Assembly: GCA_965248055.1 (NCBI GenBank) | Contig: CBDFIJ010000004.1 | Coordinates: forward strand, 2,528,001-2,592,000 | DNA: 64,000 nt | Reading direction: 5' to 3' | Source: Candidatus Multivoradales bacterium | Lineage (GTDB): Bacteria > Acidobacteriota > Thermoanaerobaculia > Multivoradales > JAHEKO01 | Shown here: positions 10,378 to 19,867 of the stretch, in pieces | How positions within the stretch are numbered: the first letter of the stretch is position 1 | Layout: each line of letters starts with the position of its first letter | Translations under genes and position numbers: made by a program | The notes under the pieces: generated by a model | Told to the model about the DNA's origin: nothing | Databases searched by the model: none | Seen by the model: the letters and a program-made list of their open reading frames with translations, nothing else

Positions 10378-12600
10378 TTAGTTGGTTACGGTCGGTTTGA
10401 TCGTCGGCCCGTAAAGCGAGTGGTAGCGCTCCTGGTTGGTCATCACTTTGACGATGTAGTTTCGGGTTTGGTTGAACCCGACCTTGCTCCAGTACTCTGC
10501 GGGGTCCGAACTGAAGCAGTATTCCGCCCAGACTTGTGCTTGCTGTTCACCGGCGTTGTAGGCTGCCAGAATCGCTGGTACAGCAGCGTCGAATTGTTCG
10601 CTCAGTTGTGACAGATGACTGGCGCCAAGCGTGATCGCGACTTCTGGGCGATGCAACATAGCTTGGGTCAGGTCTCGGATCCCAGCGCGCTGCGCCGCAG
10701 TCTCGGCGGTAGAGACCACGAACTGAGTGAGACCGCGGGCTGAGACTTGAGAAACCGCATCTGGATCAAATCGACTCTCCTGCCTAATCAGTCCGAGCAG
10801 CAGGTTCTCGTCGACGCCAAACCGGCTGGCTTGTTGCTGCACTGTGGCCAGGAACGGGCGAGGGTAGAGTCGCTGGTGCAGCCACCGCAGGCCTATCGAC
10901 TGACTTGCCCCAGCCACTGAGAGCCTCGAACGGAGTTTTTTTTTCAAAATTTCGGCGGTACGTAATCCACTGCGGTATTGACCTGAGAGGTTCGCCAAGT
11001 CGATTCCGGCAAGAGTTAGGGAGGGGTCTTCGAGTGGAAACCAAGATAGGGTCGCTTGACCGGTGGTGACGATCCCCAGGCTGATCAACTCATCGCCGGT
11101 GGAAGGAGTACCGGTCCACAACGGCCAATCTCGCGCGGGAGTTGGGGATAGATTCCACAGATTGCCGACCGCGGAGCGTACCTGCCGGTCTAGCTTGGCG
11201 ATCACCGTGGATTGAGCGTCCCCGTCGAGGGCGAAAACGGCTTTCTGCCAATCCGCAACCTGAAACGAACTCGCCAATTGATTGGCGCGGGTCTGAGCGA
11301 TCGGCTGCAAGTCCTCGCGTAAACGCTGCTGCGCCCAACCGGCGACCGGATGAAACGGATCCTTGGCTAGAGAAAGGTACAGGTCGACTGCCTCAGCCGA
11401 GCGACCCTCCAGTTCTGCCAGGCGCCCTTTCCAGTAGACGAATTCCGGGGCACTACTTCGGGACAGCCAGCTGTGCGCTCGATTCGAGTTACCACGTACC
11501 AGGTCCGAAGCGGCGAGAAAGATTGCCGCCCGATCGGCCAAGGTTTTCCACGATCGACGCCCAGCAAGTAGACGGTAGAGGCGCAGCGCTTCTGTATCGT
11601 TCTCCGCCATGGTTTCCAGGCGCATCGCTGAGAGAAGCGCCGCATCCGCCCAGCTTCCACTTGGATTGGCATCGTACGCCCGGCGAAAGGAAATTCCCGC
11701 TGCTTCCAGTCTTCTGTCGAGCTCCAGACTGCGACCGCGTTGGAACCAAGACCGAGCGACCAGGTTTGCCGCTGGAGCGATCTTGGCGGCGCGGGAAAAT
11801 CCCTCAGCCGCCGCAGTGTATTGACCCAACCAAAAATAGCCTCGGGCAAGCCGGTAGCGGTTGTCGTGGTCCTCTCGTTGGGCTAGGACTTGGGCGAGAA
11901 GAACGGTCGATTTTTCAAACCGCCGGTGATGATGGAGGACTTCGGCGAGAGTTCGTCTCACGGTTGGCGTCAGTCGGTCTCGGTGTGGCCACAGAAGATC
12001 TGCAGCTTCGGAGGCCACCAGGTCTTTCCCTTGACTGGAAATCAGGGCGGTGAGTTCGGTCACGGCGGGAGAAACTGACTGCCGGAGGCGACATCTGGCA
12101 CCCGCCAGAGCAACTCTTCTGCGCTCACTCTGTTCCAGTTTCCACAAGGGATCGATACCCAACGCGTCACATTTCCCATTGACTTTGACCGACTGTGTGA
12201 GGGTGGAAATCAGCGACGCGGGCCACTGTGAATGTCGCCCCAATCCCTTGCGCGCTAGTTCGGCTGCGGAGTCCGGCTGCCCCAATCGAAAATGCACTTG
12301 AGCCAAGCGGGTCAAGGCGAAGTCGCCGACAGGCTGCGGAGCGCCGATTGCTCGCAAGTAGGCGTCAAACGCGTCGTGCAGTTTGTCTTGCGAGCGGTGC
12401 AGGTCCCCAAGTGCTAGGTCGATTCCGAGTTCTAGGTACTGATTCGGTTCACTATGCCGAAGGTCGGAAGCGAATGCCAAGAATTCCTGGTCTTGCCCAG
12501 CCAGTCGAAGTTCGAGTAGCTCGGCACGCGGATCGAGGTCTTGCGCCGAGGTCGCGGTCGCCGCTAGAAGCGCCACTATGACCAGGAAAAAGCGTCGCAA
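10378..12600 (-). CDS. slt: soluble lytic transglycosylase with TPR repeats
   Basis: C-terminal SLT motifs IRQESRF, SARGLTQF, AAYNAGE, TRNYIVKV. Signal peptide and TPR-like helices. Confidence 0.88.
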   Translation of the reverse strand: MRRFFLVIVALLAATATSAQDLDPRAELLELRLAGQDQEFLAFASDLRHSEPNQYLELGIDLALGDLHRSQDKLHDAFDAYLRAIGAPQPVGDFALTRLAQVHFRLGQPDSAAELARKGLGRHSQWPASLISTLTQSVKVNGKCDALGIDPLWKLEQSERRRVALAGARCRLRQSVSPAVTELTALISSQGKDLVASEAADLLWPHRDRLTPTVRRTLAEVLHHHRRFEKSTVLLAQVLAQREDHDNRYRLARGYFWLGQYTAAAEGFSRAAKIAPAANLVARSWFQRGRSLELDRRLEAAGISFRRAYDANPSGSWADAALLSAMRLETMAENDTEALRLYRLLAGRRSWKTLADRAAIFLAASDLVRGNSNRAHSWLSRSSAPEFVYWKGRLAELEGRSAEAVDLYLSLAKDPFHPVAGWAQQRLREDLQPIAQTRANQLASSFQVADWQKAVFALDGDAQSTVIAKLDRQVRSAVGNLWNLSPTPARDWPLWTGTPSTGDELISLGIVTTGQATLSWFPLEDPSLTLAGIDLANLSGQYRSGLRTAEILKKKLRSRLSVAGASQSIGLRWLHQRLYPRPFLATVQQQASRFGVDENLLLGLIRQESRFDPDAVSQVSARGLTQFVVSTAETAAQRAGIRDLTQAMLHRPEVAITLGASHLSQLSEQFDAAVPAILAAYNAGEQQAQVWAEYCFSSDPAEYWSKVGFNQTRNYIVKVMTNQERYHSLYGPTIKPTVTN

Positions 12601-12605
12601 GTTGG

Positions 12606-13865
12606 TCAGGAGGAGACGCGCTCCACTTGAGCGCCGAGTTGCGCCAGTTTGTCTTCGATCGCTTCGTATCCCCGATCCAAGTGATAGATCCGGTCAACTA
12701 CTGTTTGACCTTGGGCAACGATTCCGGCCAACACCAGGCTTGCCGATGCGCGGAGATCGGTGGCCATGACTTTGGCACCGGAAAGTAGCGTGGGGCCGTG
12801 AACCACGGCGTGGTTTCCTTCGATGCGGATGTCAGCTCCCATGCGGGCCAGCTCTGGGACATGTTGAAACCGATTCTCAAACACCGCTTCGTGAATCCGC
12901 GAAACTCCCTGGGCCTGCGTGGTGAGCACCATCAGTTGGGCTTGAAGATCTGTCGGGAATCCAGGATGTGGGGCGGTGACGATTTCGGTGCCGACGAGGC
13001 ACTCTCCGCGCCGCACGCGGATGGTGTCGGTATCGGCCGTGACCTGACAGTGGCATTCTTCGAGTGCGGTCAGCAACGGTGCCAAGTGTTCAGGATTGAC
13101 CCCCTCCACCGTAACGTCGCCATCAGTCAGCGCTCCACCAACCAAGTAGGTGCCCGCTTCGATACGATCGGCAATCACCGTATGAGAACACCCGGACAAG
13201 CTCTCGACGCCCTCTATCTCGATTGTCGGTGTGCCCGCTCCGTGAATCGCGGCCCCCATCTTGCTCAGGAGATTTGCAAGATCTTCGATCTCGGGTTCGC
13301 GGGCGCAATTCTCAAGCACTGTGGTGCCCTTTGCCAGGCTGGCTCCTAACATGAGGTTTTCCGTGCCGCCGACGGTCGGAACCGAAAAACGATAGCGCGT
13401 CCCTTGCAAGCGCTGGGCAGTGGCGGTGACGTAACCGTGCTCCAGCGTGACCTTGGCTCCCAGAGCTTCGAATCCAGCCAGATGCTGGTCAATCGGGCGC
13501 ACACCGATGGCGCAGCCGCCAGGCAACGAGACTCGAGCATGACCCAACCTGGCAAGCAAGGGACCCAACACCAAGACGCTGGCACGCATCGTCTTGACCA
13601 ATTGGTAGGGAGCCTCGTCGGTCTCCGGTTGCCGCACAGAGTGCAATCGGAGTTCCCCGTTGAGGTCGCGCTCAGTCGAGACGCCCAAGTGTTCCAGTAG
13701 GCTGCACATCGTACCGATATCGCGCACCTGTGGCACTCGCGACAAGATCAAGGGCTGGTCGCTGAGTAGCGAAGCGGCGAGCACCGGCAAAGAGGCGTTC
13801 TTGGCCCCTGATGCCCGCACTGTGCCGCGCAGTTGAGAAGCTCCCTGGATTCGAAGTTTGTCCAT
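12606..13865 (-). CDS. murA: UDP-N-acetylglucosamine 1-carboxyvinyltransferase
   Basis: [52 protein letters not shown] motifs. Confidence 0.97.
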   Translation of the reverse strand: MDKLRIQGASQLRGTVRASGAKNASLPVLAASLLSDQPLILSRVPQVRDIGTMCSLLEHLGVSTERDLNGELRLHSVRQPETDEAPYQLVKTMRASVLVLGPLLARLGHARVSLPGGCAIGVRPIDQHLAGFEALGAKVTLEHGYVTATAQRLQGTRYRFSVPTVGGTENLMLGASLAKGTTVLENCAREPEIEDLANLLSKMGAAIHGAGTPTIEIEGVESLSGCSHTVIADRIEAGTYLVGGALTDGDVTVEGVNPEHLAPLLTALEECHCQVTADTDTIRVRRGECLVGTEIVTAPHPGFPTDLQAQLMVLTTQAQGVSRIHEAVFENRFQHVPELARMGADIRIEGNHAVVHGPTLLSGAKVMATDLRASASLVLAGIVAQGQTVVDRIYHLDRGYEAIEDKLAQLGAQVERVSS

Positions 13866-13942
13866 GTTTTTCTTGGTTCTGTCTAGCTAGGCGGTGTCGT
13901 CTTCAGTGTTCAAATTTCACGCCTCGGATCCTTGCCACCTGT

Positions 13943-14839
13943 TCACTCTGGACTGTGGCCCTTAATTCCTACCACGACTCTCGGTAAGCCTGAGAGGTCA
14001 GTATGAATTGTCACATTTTCAAGGTGCTCTTGGCAGAGAGAGGCCACCGCATTTCCCTGCGTAGACCCGATCTCGAACACCACGTGACAGCCGTCCATTA
14101 GATGTGAAAACGACGCGGCTAGACGACGATAGACGGCGAGCCCAGAGTCGACAGCCACCAAGGCTTGCGCTGGTTCATGAGATCGGATGTCGACCGCACA
14201 ATTCCGCCACTCGTCTTCACTCAAGTATGGTGGGTTAGCGACTACTAGGTCGAAGCTCAACAAATCGAGCGCGTCGCACCAATCGGAAGCCAGAAAGCGC
14301 ACTCGATCACGCACACTGTGCTGGCGTGCATTGTGATCGGCCACCGCCAGAGCCGCCAGAGAAAAGTCCGCTGCGGTCACTGTCGCGGCAGGGATCTCAC
14401 TTGCCAAAGTGATCGCCAAACAGCCAGAACCGGTGCCCAGGTCGAGAATCGCCAAGCCGGCAGATGAGTTGGACGCCGAGTGGGCAACTAAGTCGGTGGC
14501 CAAAATGTACTCAACCAAATGCTCTGTTTCGGGCCGAGGAATCAGCACTCGAGGGTCGACGGCAAACGACCGGCCAAAGAACTCCCGCATTCCGAGAATG
14601 TAGGCGATGGGCTCTCCCGCCACACGGCGTGCGACCTGCTCTCGATATAGGAGGGCTACCTCCGCTCTGATAGGGCGAGATAGATCTGCTCGCAACTGCG
14701 CTTCACCAAGATCAAGGACCGATCGCAGCAACAGAATCGCCTCTCGAGGAGAGGCGTCGGCAGCCCCAGAGGCCAACTCACTGCGACCCCAATCGACGAG
14801 GAAGCCGACTGTTGATTCAGAAACTTCCGGCTCAGCCAG
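13943..14839 (-). CDS. prmC: release factor glutamine methyltransferase
   Basis: [32 protein letters not shown] motifs. Directly follows prfA. The start is probably CTG at 14839. Confidence 0.9.
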   Translation of the reverse strand: MAEPEVSESTVGFLVDWGRSELASGAADASPREAILLLRSVLDLGEAQLRADLSRPIRAEVALLYREQVARRVAGEPIAYILGMREFFGRSFAVDPRVLIPRPETEHLVEYILATDLVAHSASNSSAGLAILDLGTGSGCLAITLASEIPAATVTAADFSLAALAVADHNARQHSVRDRVRFLASDWCDALDLLSFDLVVANPPYLSEDEWRNCAVDIRSHEPAQALVAVDSGLAVYRRLAASFSHLMDGCHVVFEIGSTQGNAVASLCQEHLENVTIHTDLSGLPRVVVGIKGHSPE

Positions 14840-15911
14840 TGTCGAGGCTCGTTTCAAGGGATTTGGCCCGCCAATGGTCGCTGAGTGCGTCAATGAGTTC
14901 GTCCAAGTCCCCCTCAAGAACGCTTCCCAGTCGATGCAGCGTGAGACCGATGCGGTGATCGGTGACCCGACTTTGGGGGAAGTTGTAGGTACGAATTTTC
15001 TCGGATCGATCACCGCTGCCGACCATCTTGCGGCGTTCGGCTGACAGTTCACTTTGTGCTTTCTCTTGTTCGATCTCCAGGAGCCTTGACTTCAAGACCC
15101 GCATCGCCTTTTGTCGATTCTTGATCTGGCTTCGCTCATCTTGGCAAGAGACCACAATATTGGTCGACAAATGGGTGATGCGAACCGCTGAGTAGGTGGT
15201 GTTGACCCCCTGTCCACCGGGCCCAGATGAACAGAATCGATCTATGCGCAGGTCTTTTTCATCGATCGCAACTTCTACGTCATCGGCTTCGGGAAGCACG
15301 GCAACCGTTACCGCTGAAGTGTGGATTCTGCCCGAGGCTTCGGTCTTAGGTACCCGCTGGACGCGGTGTACCCCGGCCTCGAACTTGAGCTTGCTGTAGG
15401 CGCCTCGACCCTCAACGATGCAGGAAACCTCTTTGACTCCCTGGACGCCGGATTCAGAGACGTCGATGATGTCGACCTTCCAGCGATTTTGCTCGGCGAA
15501 GCGGGTATACATGCGAAACAGTTCTGAAGCGAACAAGGTAGCTTCGTCACCACCGGTGCCAGCCCGGATTTCCAGTACGACATTTCTCTGGTCATTGGGG
15601 TCTTTGGGCGTCAGCTCGACGTGCAGTTCATCTTCTACTCCTTCGATTGCGGTTTCGAGGGCGGCCTTTTCTTCCATCACCATCGAATGGAGTTCGTCGC
15701 TAGTATCGATCGACTCCAAGAGCTCTTGATTCTGTTCTTGTTGGTCGAGCAGATCTCGATAGCGGTGGTACATATCCACAGCTGGCGCTATCTCAGCCAT
15801 CGATTGATTCACTTCTCGGTATCGATTCTGGTCCGACAGAACCTCTGGATCAGCGAGCTGTTGCATCAGCTGCTGGTGCGTTTTCGCAAGTTTTTCTAGT
15901 CGTTCAAGCAT
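14832..15911 (-). CDS. prfA: peptide chain release factor 1
   Basis: [21 protein letters not shown] (PxT), [21 protein letters not shown] motifs. Confidence 0.97.
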   Translation of the reverse strand: MLERLEKLAKTHQQLMQQLADPEVLSDQNRYREVNQSMAEIAPAVDMYHRYRDLLDQQEQNQELLESIDTSDELHSMVMEEKAALETAIEGVEDELHVELTPKDPNDQRNVVLEIRAGTGGDEATLFASELFRMYTRFAEQNRWKVDIIDVSESGVQGVKEVSCIVEGRGAYSKLKFEAGVHRVQRVPKTEASGRIHTSAVTVAVLPEADDVEVAIDEKDLRIDRFCSSGPGGQGVNTTYSAVRITHLSTNIVVSCQDERSQIKNRQKAMRVLKSRLLEIEQEKAQSELSAERRKMVGSGDRSEKIRTYNFPQSRVTDHRIGLTLHRLGSVLEGDLDELIDALSDHWRAKSLETSLDTG

Positions 15912-16167
15912 GTTTGTAGTTCGGTGTTGTGGCTCAATGATGCTGAGTCCTCGGGAATACTTTATCCGGCAACGAAGTCTAAGGCTAAAACGACCGAGTA
16001 AACGATCTTTGTTGCTTGGACGTCAAGGGGACATAGTGGTGGAATGAGGAGCCACGCAGGAGAATTCCTTGCAGCGGGATGATTAACCCTTCTCAAGGAC
16101 AGCGCGTATAATAGGAGAGGCGAAAAAGAGCATCGCTTTCTTTGGGCCAAGAAAAAGGACGTTAACT

Positions 16168-18438
16168 GTGATCAAGAAATGGATCTTGGGGTGCCTGTGC
16201 GCACTAGTACTAATTCTTCCCGCTCGGGCTTCTGAAAGAGATACAGCGGCTAGCGAAGAAGTTGAGGGCGTCGCGACCAGCGTTCCGCATAACGCTGAGA
16301 CTTGGCGTATCGGTCGCGCTGCCGGGGCGATCGTTGTCGACGGTCGGATTGACGATGCAGAATGGGCGGACACTCTGACGGTTCCGCTGCGCTATGAAAC
16401 CGACCCTGGGGAGAACGTTGCACCGCCAGTGGAGACTCATGTCTTGCTGGCATTCGACAATTCGACGGTGTACGTCGCCTTTCGTGCGGACGATCCCAGT
16501 CCGGACAAGATTCGTGCTCACTTGATGGATCGCGACTCGGCGTGGGATAACGACTTTGTCGGCATTCTGTTTGATCCATTCAACGATGAGCGCCGGGGAT
16601 TTGAGTTTTTTGCCAATCCCCTAGGGGTGCAGATGGATCTGTTCTTTGACGGGGTTTCAGGCCGGGAAGACAGCTCTTGGGACGCAATTTGGGACTCCGC
16701 GGGTCGTATTACCGAGACCGGTTTTGAAGTTGAGTTCGCGATTCCGTTCTCATCGTTGCGATTCCCGAGTACCGAAGACATCCAGACCTGGGGCATTGAC
16801 GCCCTGCGTTTCTACCCCAGAGAACAGCGCCACCGAATCGCGCTCCAGCCGATGGACCGGGACCTCAATTGCTACTTGTGTCAGGTGTCGAAAATGGAGG
16901 GAATCGAAGGCATTGATCCCGGACGCAACCTAGAAGTTGTGCCGACTTTGACTTCGTCCCAGGTCGACACCCGTGACGAAGACACCAATGCGCTGCAAAG
17001 CGGCGCTTCCGATACCGACCTGGGGCTGACGGCAAAATGGGGGATCACTCCAAGCTTGATTCTCAACGCCGCGATCAACCCCGATTTCTCCAACGTCGAG
17101 GCCGACGTCGCTCAGCTCAACATCAACGAGCAGTTTGCTTTGTTTTTCCCTGAGAAACGACCTTTCTTTCTCGAGGGAGCCGACTTCTTTCGCACCCAGT
17201 TCGATACCGTATTCTCACGCAACGTTGCCAATCCGGATTGGGGAATTAAGCTCTCGGGCAAAATAGGGGATAGTGCCCTCGCGGTTTTTGCGGCGACCGA
17301 TAAAGTGACCAACTTGCTACTTCCCCGCAGCCAAGGGTCGAGTGCGACCTCCCTCGACTTGGAGTCGGAAGACGTCGCGTTTCGTTATCGCCATGACGTA
17401 GCGGACAATTCGTCGATTGGCGTCGTTGCCACTTCGAGAACTGCCGAGGGGTATCACAACAATATTGCTGGCATCGACGGCCGGTTCAAATTCAAAGACT
17501 CGCACTCGGTAGATGTTCAGTGGCTGAGTTCGGACACCGAGTATCCGTTGGATGTGGTGCAAGAGTTCGGCACGCCGAGCGGCAGTTTCAGCGATCGGGC
17601 TTACACGGTTGGCTACAATTACGACTCTCGAAGCTGGGAGGGGTATTTCCGTTATAACGATGTCGGTAATGGCTTTCGCGCGGACCTTGGATTCGAGCCT
17701 CGGGTTGACTTCACCTTCTTGTTGGGTGGGTTGCAAAGATCCTGGTGGCCCGAAGACAAGAAGATCAGTCGGGCTTGGTTTGGCGGTGACTGGGATATCA
17801 CCCACGATCAGTCCGGACAGCTTTTGGAGCGCGAAACCGAGGTCAACGGCGGTATCTCGTTACCCAAGCAGTCGTTTGTCGAATTTGGTGGCGGCGTCCG
17901 CGATCGATTCTTCGACGGTGTTACTTTCGACCAAGCCTTCTACTGGAATTTCCTCCAGACGCGACCCAACGGCAACTTAACCTTGCGCATGTTCAGTCGG
18001 CTGGATACCGATGCCATTGATTTCGCCCATACGCGGCCTGGAGATCAGTTGCGCTTCAACCCGGAAATTGACTACAAGTTTGGTAAACATTTGCGAGCCA
18101 GCGTCGACTACGACTGGCGCCAGTTTGATGTTCAAGACGGAACCTTGTTTGCCGCTGCTCTCACCCAATCCAAATGGATCTACCAGTTTAATCGACGTTC
18201 GTTTCTAAGGCTGATTACCCAGTACACGCAGATCGATCGATCGGTAGAGCTGTATCAAGACGAGGTCGACACAGATACCGAAAGACTGTTTAATCAGTTG
18301 CTTTTTTCCTACAAAGTCAACCCACAGACGGTGCTATTTGTTGGCTACTCAGAGACTCAAGCGGCAACCAATGGGTCCTCCCTGGAAAAAGAAGATCGCA
18401 GCCTATTTCTCAAGCTCGGCTACGCTTGGGTTTCGTAG
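16168..18438 (+). CDS. CBM9-like sugar-binding domain + DUF5916-like outer-membrane protein
   Basis: Signal peptide, VDGRIDDAEW, FDPFNDERRGFEFFANPLGVQ, INPDFSNVEAD, FFPEKRPFFLEG, and a barrel-type C-terminus (LFLKLGYAW). Confidence 0.8.
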   Translation: MIKKWILGCLCALVLILPARASERDTAASEEVEGVATSVPHNAETWRIGRAAGAIVVDGRIDDAEWADTLTVPLRYETDPGENVAPPVETHVLLAFDNSTVYVAFRADDPSPDKIRAHLMDRDSAWDNDFVGILFDPFNDERRGFEFFANPLGVQMDLFFDGVSGREDSSWDAIWDSAGRITETGFEVEFAIPFSSLRFPSTEDIQTWGIDALRFYPREQRHRIALQPMDRDLNCYLCQVSKMEGIEGIDPGRNLEVVPTLTSSQVDTRDEDTNALQSGASDTDLGLTAKWGITPSLILNAAINPDFSNVEADVAQLNINEQFALFFPEKRPFFLEGADFFRTQFDTVFSRNVANPDWGIKLSGKIGDSALAVFAATDKVTNLLLPRSQGSSATSLDLESEDVAFRYRHDVADNSSIGVVATSRTAEGYHNNIAGIDGRFKFKDSHSVDVQWLSSDTEYPLDVVQEFGTPSGSFSDRAYTVGYNYDSRSWEGYFRYNDVGNGFRADLGFEPRVDFTFLLGGLQRSWWPEDKKISRAWFGGDWDITHDQSGQLLERETEVNGGISLPKQSFVEFGGGVRDRFFDGVTFDQAFYWNFLQTRPNGNLTLRMFSRLDTDAIDFAHTRPGDQLRFNPEIDYKFGKHLRASVDYDWRQFDVQDGTLFAAALTQSKWIYQFNRRSFLRLITQYTQIDRSVELYQDEVDTDTERLFNQLLFSYKVNPQTVLFVGYSETQAATNGSSLEKEDRSLFLKLGYAWVS

Positions 18439-18444
18439 CAAGAG

Positions 18445-18472
18445 GGGGACACAATACTTTGTTTGTGTCCCC
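18445..18472. terminator. hairpin between convergent genes, possible terminator
   Basis: GGGGACACAA (18445-54) / TTGTGTCCCC (18463-72) 10-bp inverted repeat. No clear U tract. Confidence 0.45.
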
Positions 18473-18490
18473 TTCGTGTCCCCCTGCTAG

Positions 18491-19867
18491 CTAGCGCTCG
18501 CGGCTGGTAGGAATCTCGAGGCGTTTCATCATCTCGTGCAAGGTGGTGGGCTTGACCCGAAGCAATTCAGCAGCTTTCTTCTGCACACCGCTGGTCTGTT
18601 CTAACGCTTGATGGATTAGATGACGTTCGTAGTCGGACAATGCTCCGCGTAGGGAAAATCCGTTGCCAAAGTCCGCTGAGGGCAAACTCGAAAAGCCCCC
18701 TTGCCCTCGTACCGCCGCGGGCAACAACTCGGCATCGATGATTCGATCGCTGGCCAGAACCACCGCGCGCTCGATCGCATTTTCCAGTTCGCGGACGTTT
18801 CCGGGCCAAGAGTAGTGGGCCAGAATGTCCATGGTCGCCGGCGAGAAACCGTCGACCTCCTTGTCGTTCTCGATCGCACAACGGGTGAGGAAGTGGTCTG
18901 CGAGAACTGGGATATCTCCCCTCCGTTCGCGCAGCGGCGGAAGCTGAATGGTGATGACATTGAGTCGATAGTAGAGATCTTCGCGAAAAGTACCTCGGCT
19001 AACTTCATCCGCGAGGTCGGCGTTGGTAGCGGCTAGGATGCGAGCATCGGCGCGCAAAGTCTCAACCCCACCCAGGCGCATGAACTCCTTTTCTTGGATC
19101 ACCCGAAGAAGCTTGGCTTGGGTTTCCGGCGGGATATTGCCGATCTCGTCCAAAAAGATGGTGCCGCCATCCGCGACTTCAAAAAGTCCTTGCTTGCGGG
19201 AGATTGCTCCAGTGAAGGCCCCCTTCTCATGACCGAAGAGGTTACTCTCCAATAGATCTGGCGGCACTGATCCTGAGTTGACAACAACGAAGGGCCCTTC
19301 AGCGCGTCGAGATTGTTGGTGAATGGCCTTAGCCACCAATTCCTTGCCGGTACCACTCTCGCCAAGCACCAAGATATTGCTGTTGGCGGGGGCTGCACGT
19401 TTGATCAGGTCGTAGACTACGGTCATCGGCTGGCTATTGCCGATGATCCCTTCTAGCCCGGTCTCTCGTCGTATCTGACTCTTGAGAACCTTGTTCTCGG
19501 TGGTCAATCGGCGTTGTTCGAGCCCACGCTGAATGGTTAGCAAGACCTCTTCATTCTTGAATGGCTTGGCGATGTAATCAAAGGCACCGGCACGCATCGC
19601 TTGGATCGCGGTCTCCATCGAAGAGTAGGCGGTGATCACCACCACCAGTTGGTCCGGTTTTTCGGCCCGAATCTGCTCCAAGACTGTCATCCCGTCGGTG
19701 TCGGGAAGCATCAGATCTAGCAACACCAAGTCGACGTCCTCGGTTGTGGTCAGGCGGACGCCCTCGCGGCCGGTTCGAGCCGAGAGGGTGTTGAAGCCTT
19801 CTCTACTCAGCAGGGTAGAGAGAACGTCTTGAAGGACTTCTTCGTCGTCGATGATGAGAATTTTCAC
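18491..19867 (-). CDS. sigma54-dependent response regulator (NtrC family)
   Basis: REC domain (IDDE, LLDLMLP), GESGTGKE, GAFTGA, FLDEIG, FREDLYYRL, WPGNVREL and a Fis HTH. Confidence 0.95.
   Translation of the reverse strand: MKILIIDDEEVLQDVLSTLLSREGFNTLSARTGREGVRLTTTEDVDLVLLDLMLPDTDGMTVLEQIRAEKPDQLVVVITAYSSMETAIQAMRAGAFDYIAKPFKNEEVLLTIQRGLEQRRLTTENKVLKSQIRRETGLEGIIGNSQPMTVVYDLIKRAAPANSNILVLGESGTGKELVAKAIHQQSRRAEGPFVVVNSGSVPPDLLESNLFGHEKGAFTGAISRKQGLFEVADGGTIFLDEIGNIPPETQAKLLRVIQEKEFMRLGGVETLRADARILAATNADLADEVSRGTFREDLYYRLNVITIQLPPLRERRGDIPVLADHFLTRCAIENDKEVDGFSPATMDILAHYSWPGNVRELENAIERAVVLASDRIIDAELLPAAVRGQGGFSSLPSADFGNGFSLRGALSDYERHLIHQALEQTSGVQKKAAELLRVKPTTLHEMMKRLEIPTSRER

Noticed and set aside
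14840-15052. N-terminal extension of PrmC in the ORF track
   Set aside because: Overlaps the conserved prfA 3' end in another frame.
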